A stretch of 64,000 nt of DNA. It comes from the human T2T-CHM13v2.0 reference genome, Homo sapiens. The position numbers were made by a program, and so were the translations under genes. Below, piece by piece: positions 36,861 through 49,560 of the stretch. How positions within the stretch are numbered: the first letter of the stretch is position 1; each line of letters begins with the position of its first letter. The notes beneath the pieces are model-generated. The model saw only the letters and a list, made by a program, of their open reading frames with translations. It was not told the DNA's origin and did not search any database. Location of the stretch: the NCBI RefSeq assembly GCF_009914755.1, contig NC_060933.1; one strand, 5' to 3'.

Positions 36861-38304
36861 CGGGGTCAAAGGCACGAGTGCTGGCACAGCACACCCCCCG
36901 GAGGAGGGCCAGGACCAACATGCCCACTCAAAGGCCACGTCCCCACGACGGCCACACCTGCAGGGACTGACAAGCATGTGCTGGGGATGCAAGACCAGGG
37001 ACACTGCTGGGCCCTTACGGGGAGTGACGACCAAGGAAGGAGAGAAGGAGAGAAGACAACTCAGGCTGGCAGGGCAGAAGGGGAGGCGGCCGCGGGAGCA
37101 CCTGGAGTCAGGGACACCGTCATACGGAAGACGAGGGGAAGCCCTGAGCTGGGCTCGGGCCGGTTCACAAGAGGCTGCAGATCTTGGTGCAGACTTTGTT
37201 CTTTGTCTCAACAGCCACGGGCAGCCACTGATGTGCGTGGAGAACTCATAACCACCACGACGTCTGAGTGAAGGAAGACGGTGGCCAGTGAGCTGGGTGG
37301 CCAGCAAGCATAGAGCGCTGGCATCAGCCAGAGCCCTGAAGACCACCTGCTCCCCTCTCCCTCGCGCTGGGTCACACCCAGGCGACCCGTGGAGCTCTGG
37401 TGGCTACAGAGGCAGCATGGCCCAGTGGTGGCCAAGGCTGAGCCGTCTCTTCTCCACATCCAAGACCACGGACTCCGGGCACACAGAAAGGCATGGGTCT
37501 CCGGCTCAGCACCTGCAGGCACTTCCTCTATGAACATTTTCATCAGCGACACTCTCTGGCCTCAGCTTCGGGAGGAACTGGGCTGTGGAGAGCAGTTTCC
37601 ATCGTAAGGATGATGTATGGAACTTCGCAGCCACCGTAGCTGAGGGAGCAGCCAGTCTCCCTCTGGGTCCGAAGTCACTGGCAGTCAGGGTCAGGGCCAG
37701 GATGGGGGCTGCACCCCACCAAGTCAACCCGGACCTCTCCCAGTCTAGACTCTGCAAGCCACCTGCCACCCACCACCTCCACTCAGCTGTCCCAGGCATC
37801 GTCACAACGCTCCTGACCCTCCACCTCCTCCCCACTCCCTGCTCCGCACAGAGAGCCAGGTAGACAGCTCTCCTCCATGGGGCACCCGGAGACAGGACTG
37901 GCTGCTGCCCAAGGACAGAGGGCTGTGTGCCGGCCCCTGGGGAGACGCACGGTGTGCGGAGATGGGGCAGATGCTAGGTGGCAATGGTGATTCTCCTTCA
38001 GCCGGACTAGACGGATATTCACAGGTATCTGAAACAGGACGCCCTCTGAAACAGGCCGCAGCTGCCAGCTTAAATAAAGGAGACAGAAAAAACCCACCTT
38101 GCTTTCCCTCCAGTTTTGGCCAATCTGAGGCTTTCCTCACGACAGCAGAAGAGCCAGCGCTGCAGCATCACCCAAACCACAGGCCCCCTGGCCAAACGGG
38201 TGCTCCAAAACCCAGCGTGCGCCCCGAGACTTACACGGGTGCACTCCACCTTGACACCTCTGATAAATAAAATACCGGGTGAATTCCCAGCGTCAGGAGT
38301 GCAC

Positions 38305-39447
38305 ATCTGAAGCCCGTCCTGTGCCAGCGACACCTGAAGCCAGTCCTGTGCCTGCGTCACGTGGAGCTCGTCCTGGGTCTGCGTCACCTGGAGCCCGTCC
38401 TGGGCCAGCGTCACCTGGTGCCCGTCCTGGGCCGGCGACACCTGGAGCCCGTCCTGGGCCTGCATCACCTGGTGCCCATCCTGTCCCACACCTGGAGCCT
38501 GTCTTGTGCCACACCTGGAGCCCTTCCTGGGCTGGTGTCACCTAGAGCCCGTCCTGTGCCACACCTGGAGCCCGTCCTGGGCCTGCATCACCTGGTGCCC
38601 GTCCTGTGCCACACCTGGAGCCTGTCCTGGGCCGGCGTCACCTGGAGCCCGTCCTGGGCCGGTGTCACCTGGAGCCTGTCCTGTGCCACACCTGGTGCCC
38701 GTCCTGTGCCACACCTGGTGCCCGTCCTGTGCCACACCTGGAGCCTGTCTTGTGCCACACCTGGAGCCCATCCTGGGCCGGCGTCACCTGGAGCCCGTCC
38801 TGGGCCTGCATCACCTGGTGCCCGTCCTGTGCCACACCTGGAGCCTGCTCTGGGCCGGCGTCACTTGGAGCCTGTCCTGTGCCACACCTGGAGCCCATCC
38901 TGGGCTGGCGTCACCTGGAGCCCGTCCTGGGCCTGCATCACCTGGTGCCCGTCCTGCGCCACACCTGGAGCCTGCTCTGGGCCGGCGTCACTTGGAGCCT
39001 GTCCTGTGCCACACCTGGAGCCCATCCTGGGCTGGCGTCACCTGGAGCCTGTCCTGGGCCTGCATCACCTGGAGCCCGTCCTGTGCCACACCTGGAGCCC
39101 ATCCTGTGCCGGCGACACCTGGAGCCCGTCCTGTGCCGGCGACACCTGGAGCCCGTCCTGTGCCGGCGACACCTGGAGCCCGTCCTGTGCCACACCTGGA
39201 GCCCGTCCTGTGGCGGCGTCACCTGGAGCCCGTCCTGTGCCACACCTGGAGCCCATCCTGGGCCAGCGTCACCTGGAGCCCGTCCTGTGCCATACCTGGA
39301 GCCCGTCCTGGGCCTGCATCACCTGGTGCCCGTCCTGTGCCACACCTGGAGCCTGCTCTGGGCCGGCGTCACCTGGAGCCCGTCCTGTGCCACACCTGGA
39401 GCCCATCCTGTGCCAGTGTCACCTGGAGCCCGTCCTGTGCCAGTGTC
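38305..39447. repeat. ~1.1 kb VNTR of mixed 23/27-bp units, QSOX2 intron 1
   Basis: cacctggagcccgtcctgggccggcgt and cacctggagcctgtcctgtgcca units repeated roughly 45 times. Confidence 0.95.
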
Positions 39448-40515
39448 CAAGTAGAATTTTCCAAAAGCTAAACACACGATTCTCACACAAACGCAGAGTG
39501 AACATGCGTCAACAACATTCTTCCACTGGGACTGCTGAAGGAAAGGGTGAGGCCAGGTGGGGAGCACAGAGAATAGTGCTATCTGCCCCCAGGGACAGTG
39601 CACAAAGAAACTGTCCTATGGGGCAAGAAAACCACAACCTTTGGGCTTTCCTTGTCTACCAGACAGATGAGGTCGGCGAGCTCACGAGTAACCACAGAGC
39701 CTGGGCCCTTAATCAGCAGTGAACAGCAGGATAAACACACAGATGTCCGTGCCCCAGGTCACAGCCCTTGGGCGAGCCTGTGCAACACCCCAACATGATG
39801 CTGAGAGGACACAAGACTCAGCTTTTTGTCCTATTTCCAGGTTTTACCTAATATTTCCTTAGCAACAGGATGCAGAAAACTAGTCAGACGGGGAAACTGA
39901 TCAGCCAGGGGCCAGGAACAAGAGCCGTGCCCTGGGCAGGAGCGAAACACGCTGCTCCGCATCTCAGGTGCGTGCCCACCTCCCTGCACCCTCTCATGCT
40001 CCAAGAAGACAAGACATGGCCTTCGGTAACTTTTGCCCAAACACTGTCTACATGACCTGAAACCACAATTCTACCAGGAAGGCACAGACTTCCCCTTTGT
40101 TCCCCGAGGATCCCTCACACTTCAGGGAACCCTGAGCTGGCCTTCCAAAGACAACGCTCCCCGGGCCTCATTCCCGCCTCGCAATCCAGGCCCTGAGCAA
40201 GCCCGGCGGGCAGCCTCCTCCCACCTGGCTGTGCCAACCCTCCCTCTGCCCCTCAGGCCCCAGCTGCCACGCGCGGCCTGGCCTCTCTCACACATCCCAC
40301 TGTGCTCCGCTGGTTTCTGGTCTTCAGTTCTCCAGAGAGCAGCCAGAGAGTTTTACCTAGAAACCAGGTTTCCCTGCTTAAAATTGTTCTTTGGCATTCT
40401 GTTGCTCAGGAAGAAGACAAGCACCGTTTACTGAGCCTGCATCTGCCTGCTGCCGGGCCCTCAGGGACCTCGTGGTTGCCCCCTTGAGCGACCAAGACCC
40501 TATCAAAGTCCTTTT

Positions 40516-40640
40516 AGCCGGGCGTGGTGGTACCTGCCCATCGTCCCAGCTACTTAGGACGCTGAGGCAGGAGGGTCCCTTGAGCCCAGGAGTTCAAAGC
40601 CAACCCGGACCACACGAAGAGACCGATCTCTAAAACAAAA
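40516..40640 (+). mobile_element. Alu monomer (FLAM-like)
   Basis: agccgggcgtggtggt...cccagctact...gctgaggcaggagg...cttgagcccaggagttc. Confidence 0.75.
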
Positions 40641-40832
40641 GGTCCCCTGGACACTGCAGTCTTGGCTGTCTCGGGTCCTCTGTGCTGGCCATGCCCCTGG
40701 CAGGGCCTTCACCTCGTGGCTCCTCTCCCAAGTCGCTGCCCTCTGACGCCTTGCTCTACCACCCAGGGCCACTCCAGTTTCTTTCTAATTGGTCTGTTCA
40801 TTTTTCTAGGAGTTACAACCTATAGGTAACTC

Positions 40833-41078
40833 ATTTATTTTAATTTGAGACAGGTCTCACTCCGTCACCCAGGCTGGAGTACAGGAGAGTGATCACGGCT
40901 CACTGCAGCCTCAACCTCCTGGGCTCGAGTGATCTTCCCATCTCAGCCTCCTAAGTGGCTGGGGCCACAGGAGTGGGGATCTTGCTATGTTGCCCAGGCT
41001 GGTCTTGAACTCCTGGGCTCAAGTGATCCTCCCACCTTCCAAAGTACCGGGATTACAGGCGGGAGCCACTGCCCCGGC
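40833..41078 (-). mobile_element. Alu (AluJ-like, internally deleted)
   Basis: Reverse Alu consensus ending gggattacaggcgggagccactgccccggcc. Confidence 0.85.
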
Positions 41079-43298
41079 CACTTCCTTGTTTTATTTGTCT
41101 TCCTGTTGACTGTCTGCTACTCCCTCTAAAGCACAGGCTTCCTCAGGTGGGGACCTCCCTGCTTTGTTCCCTGCTGTTCCTCCAACAGATGAATTTCCAG
41201 CGCAAATTCATCCCGGAGCGTGAATTCACGCAGAGCCCCTGCACACACTGCAGGGCGAGGGAAGTCCAGCTCCATCCACCAGTCCGCAGGGGCAGCACCT
41301 CGACCTGCCTCAGTAGAGCTACGCTCCCAACACCACCACCCCACTCAGGGTCAGTCCTGGTGAAGGGGCATGCGGGCACCCCACGTCGCCTTTGTCTGTC
41401 CTTGAAAGAATGCCAGGCCGTGTGCTCAGGGAAGGCCGAGCAGATGAGGGAGAATTTCAGTTACACAGGCCTCCCTCAGCAGCTGAACAGGCGCCAGGAG
41501 TACCGGCAAGGACTCGGCAGATGGACGGTATTCATGGCAACACAAAAGATATGGTAGTCCATATTATCAAATCAAATACAAAACACGTAAAAGGCTTAGC
41601 TTCAGGGCACTGGCCTCATTCAACGGGTACCCTCCCCTTCTCCTGCTCTGCCCACCTGTCTAGCTCTGAACCTCTAAAGCAGAATGCAAATGGCCTGCTT
41701 TCATTGGGCCTCTGGGGTTAGAGCCAGCTGAGAGGCACAGGGTGTGGCAGGGGCGGGGGTGCCCAACCCAGCACAGCCAGGGGGTTCCAAAGGGAGGCAG
41801 AAATGAGACCGCAGGCCTATTCTCACTTCTGCTCAAGAGCCTGGCTATTTTAGGACTCCAGTCTTAAAAATACTTGGGAAATAATTAAGCTTCTATATAT
41901 AGTAGATTAACATTTATTTCAAATGTGCTTGTCAAATAACTCTAATACTGAATCTAACAAGGTTAACTCTTTACTGCTTGTCACGTTCTAATGAAAAAGT
42001 CTACAGAAGTCTAATGTATAGTCCAGTATCAAATCGTTCTAGAAAATGATTACAGTAAAGATAAAACAATCTCCCAAGTTGAAAGGCAACTAGGGAGCTG
42101 TGTTTAAGGGACAGAGGTCCACTGCAGCCTCTCCTTCCTGAGTCAGGGCCATGCTGGGGTCTCGAACTCCGCATACCAGTCCCTGGAGAAGACCCTCTCT
42201 GGGTGGAGCCCCCTCTTGGCTGAGCAAAGGTCTTCTTAGCTAAGCTCCAAGTTCAAGGCACAAGTTTGGAATAACAGGCCTGGGTAGAAATGAAACCCAC
42301 CTAGCGACCAGGAGAGCCTAACACAAATCACCTAGAAGTTGCCAAGGGCTGGTCTGAGAAAACCCGGGCACACGCTACGGTCGCCTCATCTGGGGACTGA
42401 GGGCAGGGCTGGGTCCCATGGACTCTTGATCCCCAGCATTTAACTCAATTCTGGTAAACCAAAACTACACGTTCTTCAGCCTCGAAGGGTGCTCCGAGGT
42501 GACAGCAATTCCAATGCTGTTTATCTGTTGGTAGGGAATGACAGTCCCTCAGCCCGTCCTCTGTCAGGGAAGCCCAAGCAGTGCTTATGACCTGGGTCAC
42601 CCCATGGCACGACGACCGGCATGACACAGCGGAGACGGCTCCCTGGACGTGGCTGTAAGGCCCTCTTAGCAAACCATCCCGTCTTACTTCAACAACAAGT
42701 AAGTGGCCTGGGTCTCTCGGTGTAGTCTCAGACGCACCAACCACAGCCACTGGGGAGGCCAGCGGGGAGCCCGGCTGCTCCGATGCACCATCCTTTCTGT
42801 AAAATACTCATGTGGTCGCCACAGCGGGGCTACATTAAGCCATTTCTGGGCCCGTAAGGAGACAGGAGGCCTCCACTGCCCAACTCTTCCTCCTTCCACC
42901 CTCTCCATCCTCCCGAGTCCAGTGAGCACCTGGCAGCTCTCACGGGCCGTCAGCCCCGCCAAATGCCCGCTGACACCTGCATGTCCCCCTCCCTCTGGCC
43001 CTTATTGTTTCTTTTTCCAGTAAACGGACAATGAGCCTGTGGGGAACACCAAGTTCTAATTCATCTCCAAGAAGCCTGCAGCCTAGTCGAGTAGACAAGA
43101 AACCAGACCAAGTGGGACAGAGGAGCTGGCAGCAATCACAGAATGCCCTACCCTTCCTTCAAGAGATGTCGGATGTGTCCAGCTCCCAACCCCCACCTGT
43201 CCTCTACAAAGACACAGGAATGAACTGCCATGGCTCCAGGTCACCCACACCTGGACACCCATCCCGGCCTGTCACTCAGCTGCGTGACCGTGACTATC

Positions 43299-43460
43299 CC
43301 ACGCAACCTCACGTGCTATCACCTGCAACATGAGCGCCCCCGCACTCCTGAGGACAGGTGTGGGAGGACTCGGCCTGTTCCACGCAACCTCATGTGCTAT
43401 CATCTACAACATAAGCGTTCCCGCCCTCCTGAGGGCAGGTCTAGGAGGACTCAGCCTGTT
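43299..43460. repeat. ~81-bp diverged tandem duplication
   Basis: ccacgcaacctca(c/t)gtgctatca...gggaggactc(g/a)gcctgtt twice. Confidence 0.8.
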
Positions 43461-44525
43461 GTGGGTGGTGGCCTGCCCTGTTTTCTCAGGCTGACCAAGT
43501 GAAGGAGATGGGAGGGAACAGGCACCAGGGCCACAGAGGGCGCACGGGGACACAGGCCCTGCCTTTAGGGTGCACCCTCTTGTCCACTCAAGACTGCAGA
43601 GGCATTTCGGAGATCTCACCGGTCAGACGGGCCAAAGTGTAGCCCCAGGCCCTGGTGCCTCATCTTCCATCACAAACCCAGCAACCATCACTGCCAGGCA
43701 GATCTTCAGGAACCCAACAAGGTTTTGTTCTGCAAAGTACTTAGAAGTGACAGGCTTAAGCCAAATCTCCACAAACACTAGAATGACACTTGGTCACACC
43801 AAACAGTACAACTTTTGTTTCTTAAGCCACCTTCTTATAAGAAAAAACATTTATTTTCCCAGCCTTGAAAAAGCCAGTCAAGAGCTAAAGTTCAATCCAA
43901 ATTTCTGAGGAAAACAAAGGTGCCCTGGCCTGTCCTGCTCCTTCCAGCTGGAGGCTCCTGGGAAGCAGAGCCCACACCTAACCATCCTCTCCAGCAGCCA
44001 CAGGCATGAAGAACGCAGGGCGTGGCGGGCGCTGGCCAGGGGGACCAGTGGGAGAAGGCGGCTGGACACTCTAGGTAGAAGTGGGGGCCCAAGCCATGGC
44101 CTGTGTGCCCCCAGGGGATCAGCAGGATGACCTAAGTCACAGGTGATTGATCAGGGCCACAGGTGACTGATCTGAGTCAGGTCAACAGGGACATAAGAAA
44201 ACATGAGAATGTTGACAACGGGAATGCCTGCATGCAGCCAGACCCCTGCACTGCCACGGGCAATGGGCGCCCTATCCCTGTGGGACAGCTCCACGCAGGG
44301 ATGACAGACAGGGAGCCAGGCGCCAAGCAGACAGTTCTGAGCTGGCAGGTCTGGGCTGGGGCTGTGGAGAAGCAGGCATTTCTAACAAGGCCCTAAGTGG
44401 CCCTACTTTGAGAGTCCCAGCCTTAGAACAGCTCCGGGGACTCCTCAGTGCCAAGGGCCTTTCATCCCTTTCTACCCGGACTCTACCTCCCACAAGCCTC
44501 ATGGGCACAGCTTGGCTCTCAGGAC

Positions 44526-45369
44526 TGTAAACCAAAAATAAAATCCTGAGTCCCCTAACTGACTGAATTGAACCCCCTCTTGGCCAAGGAGACCCCAGGG
44601 CAACCTGAGGAAAGAAATTCCAGGCCCTGACGGCAAGGGAGGTCAGACACGCCTGGTTACATCACCTCCCTTTGGAGTTTAGGCAGAGCTGACCAGCGTG
44701 ATGAAACAGAGATCACAGACAGACAGCACAGCCTCAGCAGCAACGACACCAAACTCCAGCCTGACTCGGGTACAGCACCACATGACAAATAGCACACCCT
44801 GCAGGAAATCAAAATATTTCACCCCCAAATACATTTATTTCCCTGACATATTTGAAATGGTCCTGCAAAGCTGTCTTTTGTGAGGGAAATTTGCATCTGT
44901 AGAGAATCTCCCTCCCTTTCTAGGTCTTTCCTGGATCTAGGAGACATTTAACGAGTCTGACAGCATTCAGGTCTGAAAAGAGACATTTACCCTCTATTCT
45001 CCCCAAGGCTGCTGCCTGTGAGGCTTCATCTACTTAACCTTGGCCTCCACAGCCCCTTTAGCTTAACTCAAGCATTTCTCTTTGCTGACTTCAAGTCTTT
45101 AGACAAAGCTTAACTCTTTCAATCAATTGCCAGTCAGAATCCACCTATGATCTGTAAACCTACCCCTTCCTATACCTTACATGTACTGATTTATGTCTCT
45201 CTGCCTATAACTTCTGTCTCCCTAAAATGTATAAAATCAAATTAACGTGACTGCCTAGAGCACACTTTCTTAGGACCTCTTGACACTGTTCCCCTGGCCA
45301 TGGCCACTACACTTATTGGCTCAGAACAAACCTCTTTCAGTATTTTATAGTTTGGCTTTTTAGCCAACA
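44526..45369 (+). mobile_element. MER4-group (ERV1) solo LTR
   Basis: Begins TGTAAACCAAAAATAAAAT, ends ...CCAACA; 4-bp target-site duplication GGAC at 44522-44525 and 45370-45373. Confidence 0.88.
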
Positions 45370-47120
45370 GGACCCTCTGCCTGGGCTCCCTGAAGCCCTC
45401 TCCCTGCTGCCTGGTCAGGTCACCGCTGTCTTTCACTTTCAGCCATATCCTCCTCCAGTCTCAGTCTCAGGCACAAGCCTGTTCTTCCTGTCGTGACTGG
45501 GAAGACAGTCAGCCTCACTAAAGGAGGCTTACTGAGTTGAGTTCATCACACCACTGGGTATGGACGTTACTGTGTGGCTCTCAGGAGGGGCCTTCCTTCT
45601 GAGCTCCAGGGACAGTTCTCAAGGCTGCCTATGTGCTGCTTCGGTTACAGAATTTGCAATATTTGAATCTGGTACGATCTTTAGACTTCAGCGACTCAAC
45701 TGAAAAAAAAAAATCAAAACCAAAACCCACAAAAAAAGTGACCAAGTCCTGCCAGGGCCACCTGCATTTTAATGAACATATCTGTTTCTGCCACTGAATA
45801 ACACACAAGAACTGAAGGGTTCCCTACGTGATTGAATTACTTGTTTGTTTTCCTAAAAGCAGTGTCTAAAAACCCCACTGAACAGTTTTTCTGTCCATCT
45901 CTTCCAGTCTCTGACCTCAGTTCTGAGTCAGGTCAACAGGGACATAAGAAAACATGAGATCAAAGAGGAGGAATCCATTAGAATCAAAAGGCCCCAGCTC
46001 TCTAAGAGGAGAATGCATTTTAAAGATAACCATTTACAGTAACATACAAAAGCCCTACTTAGACTTGAAAAAAAGTTTCTTTACAAATCTGTTTGCGATG
46101 AGAAAAATACAGCAGGATTGGGTGTAAGGCATAAAAACAAAGGTGCAGGAAGAAAGAGTAGCAATTTGTTACAGATCTTGCCCACTGAAACATGTAATTT
46201 GAGGTTAGCACAACACAGGAAGTCCTGCCAAACCTCACTGGGTCGGGAGGACCTCCTACTTCAGTGATTTAAATACCATTTTAAGGGAAGGGTGTTGTGA
46301 ATGCCCCCTCCCACGCCAACTCTAACCTGTAGAGCAGGCGAGTAACTTCGTGACTGGTTAACAACGTGCGACCAGATGAAAGCACTAAACAATAAAGTGC
46401 GGAACACTACCAGCAGTTTGGTGAAAGATTTCTCAAAGGCTGTGCATCTGTGATCAAGGAGCCCACCAATGAAATTCTTTGTAGAGTTAAAAAAATTGCT
46501 TTATAGGTTGTTTTGGGGTATTATAGAGAAGTCTCCAGAGTATTTGGACTTCTAAGTTGTGGGTTCACTTTGAGCACCCACTATATGGCCAGCGATCCGA
46601 ACCAGAAAGTTAATGATGAAGGTTCAAAGGGAATGGGGTGGCTACGAGTGTGGAATAGGAATGAGGGATCCTCAGAGAACAGGAATTCTGGGCACTGGGG
46701 ATGGGGTGTGTGGACGCTAGGAAACAGGTAGGGTAGGAGGCCTGGAAGGTCAATGAAGTTCTTGGGGCTCAAAACATAGGTATTTTGAGAGCTGGGATAC
46801 GGGAGGGCTTCCCTATCCCCAAGCGTGCGGTGAGGGCTGCGGGAGAATGGTTTCATTTTGACTTCAGACAGCCCAACTCGTCAGGATCTAACGGGGATTA
46901 ACTGGGAGAGACATGGGGAGCAGCTGGCTTAGTCTCCCGCCCCTGGAAAGGCCAGGGTTGGTCCGAGTCGGGTGCCTCTGTGGGGCAGGGACTGGCTCTG
47001 CGATAAGGAAAGAAATACGGGGGAGGGGCCCCGGGACCCGCCTTCTGGGGCGGTCGCAAGGGGTCCCGGAAGGCCGCGGTCCCGGGGGTCGGGGGGTCCC
47101 CGCGCGGGGGCGCGCCTCAC

Positions 47121-47448
47121 CTCGCACATCCCCAGCCAGGGCCCGCCAAGTGGGCGCGTAGCCGATGCAGTGGCCACACCACGACGAGTAGAACTGCACG
47201 AGCCACGCGGCCGAGCTGTTGGCGGTGGCCCCGCGCACGCTGCCGCTGTCCAGCACCCACACGGCGTCCTCGCCCGCGCGGTACAGCCGCGCCGCACCGC
47301 CCGCGCCCGGCCCCACCGCCGCCGCCGCTAGCAGCACTAGCAGCCGCGGCAGCCGTGCGGCCCGCGGCGGGGGCGAGCGCCGGGCTCTCAGCGCAGGTCC
47401 CGCTCCGATTCCCGGGCTGCGCGCTACCGCCGCCCCGGCCGCCGCCAT
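47121..47448 (-). CDS. QSOX2: QSOX2 exon 1 (signal peptide, thioredoxin WCGHC motif)
   Basis: MAAAGAAVARSPG...LLVLLAAAAVG...QFYSSWCGHCIGYAPTWRALAGDVR; 328 nt; G|GTGAGG donor. Confidence 0.97.
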
Positions 47449-47770
47449 GTTGGAAGTGCCGCCGGCGCGCTGAACTTTCACCCTGGCAACCACCGTCACG
47501 TGCGCCGGCGCGCCCGGCCCCGCCCCCGCGCGCCCAGTTCTGTTCCGCCCCGCCCCCTCACGTCTGACCCCGCCCTCTCTCCCCGCCCCCGCCCCCGCCC
47601 ATGCGTGGCAGCCCCGCCCCCAAGAGTCTGATGACGCCATCTCCCCGCCCAGGCGCGGCAGGCTCCGCCCAGGCCCCGCCCCACCCCGCCGCGCGTTCCC
47701 CAAACCCCTTCCCTGAACAGGGCCAGGTGGCCACATTTAGCAAATGGAAGTGCACGACGCCAGGTTCAAC
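47449..47770 (-). promoter_or_regulatory. QSOX2 CpG-island promoter/5'UTR
   Basis: Multiple GC boxes at 47515-47690, GTCACGTG E-box at 47495-47502, GGAAGT ETS-like site at 47452-47457. Confidence 0.8.
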
Positions 47771-48176
47771 GTGAATTTCAGACAGTGAGTCGGTTTTTCA
47801 GCCTAGGTCTGTGCCATGCCTGAAATACAAATTTAACAAGACATTCTTAGACGTAAAAAACTATTCCGGGGTTCTTTTACTTGGCAACCCCACCTGGGGC
47901 TTCAGAGGGTCTGCAAGCCAGCCTCGACTTTTTAATATGATATTGGAACGCTTAGAAAATGCAGCAAAACATCCACTCAAAGTCAGATGTGTTGTGTGCT
48001 ACCTTTTAGGATGTTCCAGTCGAATGCAGCTTCACGGTTTGGAAATGAAATCATATGACTTTTTTGCTTCATTGAACAGGATACCTGATTTTTTTTTTTG
48101 TTCCTATTCCTAATTTTTACACATGTCAAGATTTTCTCTGAACTGTGTGACCAAAACAAAACAAGGGAGTGGGCGA

Positions 48177-48380
48177 GCCTGGGCAACATAGCGAGAGCCC
48201 ATCTCTTAAAAAAAAGAAAAAAGCCGGGCATGGTGGTGCACACCTGTAGTCCCAGCTACTTGAGGGGCTAAGGTGGAGGATGGCTTGAGCCTGGGAGCTT
48301 GAGGCTGCAGTGAGCCGTGACTCTGCCACTGCACTCCAGCCTGGATGACAGAGCGAGACCTTGTCTCAAAATAAATAGAT
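48177..48380 (+). mobile_element. Alu (AluJ-like, 5'-truncated)
   Basis: gcctgggcaacatagcgag...A-rich linker plus right arm. Confidence 0.88.
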
Positions 48381-48519
48381 AACTGTATTGTGGGGTTCTG
48401 TGTAAGATTTTGTTTAAAAGGTTTTGCTGCTAACAATGGTTAACCCCAGATGAGAGGATTCTCCCCAGAGGGCCCCTGGCCAAGGCGTCTGCTCCCTTTT
48501 CCTCACGTCCTGCGTCTCC

Positions 48520-49560
48520 CTGTTCATGTTTCCTTCCATCACCCACGTTTCCTGGCTTCTGCTCTGTGCCAAGCCCTGGAGACAAATCAAGAACAAAACC
48601 GAGCCCCCAGTGTCCCTGGCCTGCATTTGGGCAGACCCCAAACAAACCAACGCGTAAAGCAGCCACCGCGTGCTATGAAAAGCAATGAAGCCGGACACGG
48701 AAGCAGGTGCCAGCAGGGCTGCCGTACAGAGGAGGGTGGGGAGGTCTTTGAGAAGGTGACCCGAATGGAGAAGGAGGTGAGGGAGGAGGCACACATGCAA
48801 AGGCCCTGGGGCAGAAGGGTGCTGAGAACGCTGGAGGAACAGCAAGGAGCCGGACCTGGTGGGAGCGGAGCAAGCTGGGGGAAGCGTGGGAGGGAAGAAA
48901 AGCTGAGAGCCCGAGCGAGACCCAGGGGGCCTCACAACCTGGGCCGCAGACTCAGACTTTGATGCTGAATGGGGGGGTGGCCACGGAAGGATCGGTGCAA
49001 GGATGCAGCTCTGCCCTTCTAGTTGCAGAGTAGGAGGGGCAGGAGGGGAAGCAGGGGACCTGGGAGGGGCCGCCGCCTCCTTCCACAAGCTGGAGGGACT
49101 CCGGGGAGGGGTGAGAGGCAGTGCTGGTGGAGGGGTCGGCTGAGTCTGGGTGGAGGCAGAGGGTGTCACATTCGCAGAGTTTGGGCCAAAGCAACCAGAG
49201 GAATGGGGTTGCTTACGGCTGAGACTAAATCCTGCAGCGGCGAGATGGGAGAGCTATGCTGGGGAGGATGCCATGAGTTTGCTTTGGACCTGTTACATCT
49301 GAGCAGCCTTTTCAACCTCTAAGGGAGGTGTCAGGTCAGGGTTTAGAAGTGGGAGTCGAGTCTGGAGCTCAGAGCTTGAGGCTGCTTGAGGTCCCCCCGG
49401 GAGGCTGTGGGACAGAGGGGAGGGCCACACACTGAGCCCCAGGCCTCCAGAAGGAGCAGCAGCGAGGTGGCAGGGGAAGAAGGAGTGGAGGAAAGGAGGC
49501 TGATCTGGCTGAGACAGAGGACGTCATGAGCCCAACTGGAGGGGCACATTCGGAACATCG
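48520..49560 (-). mobile_element. Probable ancient L2 LINE fragments
   Basis: Purine-rich with L2-like words (gagaaggtgac..., tgcaaaggccctgggg..., gagtttgctttggac). Recognition by memory only. Confidence 0.4.

Noticed and set aside
38305-39447. CRISPR-like regular repeats
   Set aside because: Head-to-tail units without unique spacers, no cas genes, eukaryotic intron. This is a minisatellite.
38361-39722. 453-aa, 321-aa and 282-aa Cys/His/Trp-rich plus-strand ORFs
   Set aside because: They are translations of the 23/27-bp VNTR, open in several frames because the units lack stops. Not a gene.
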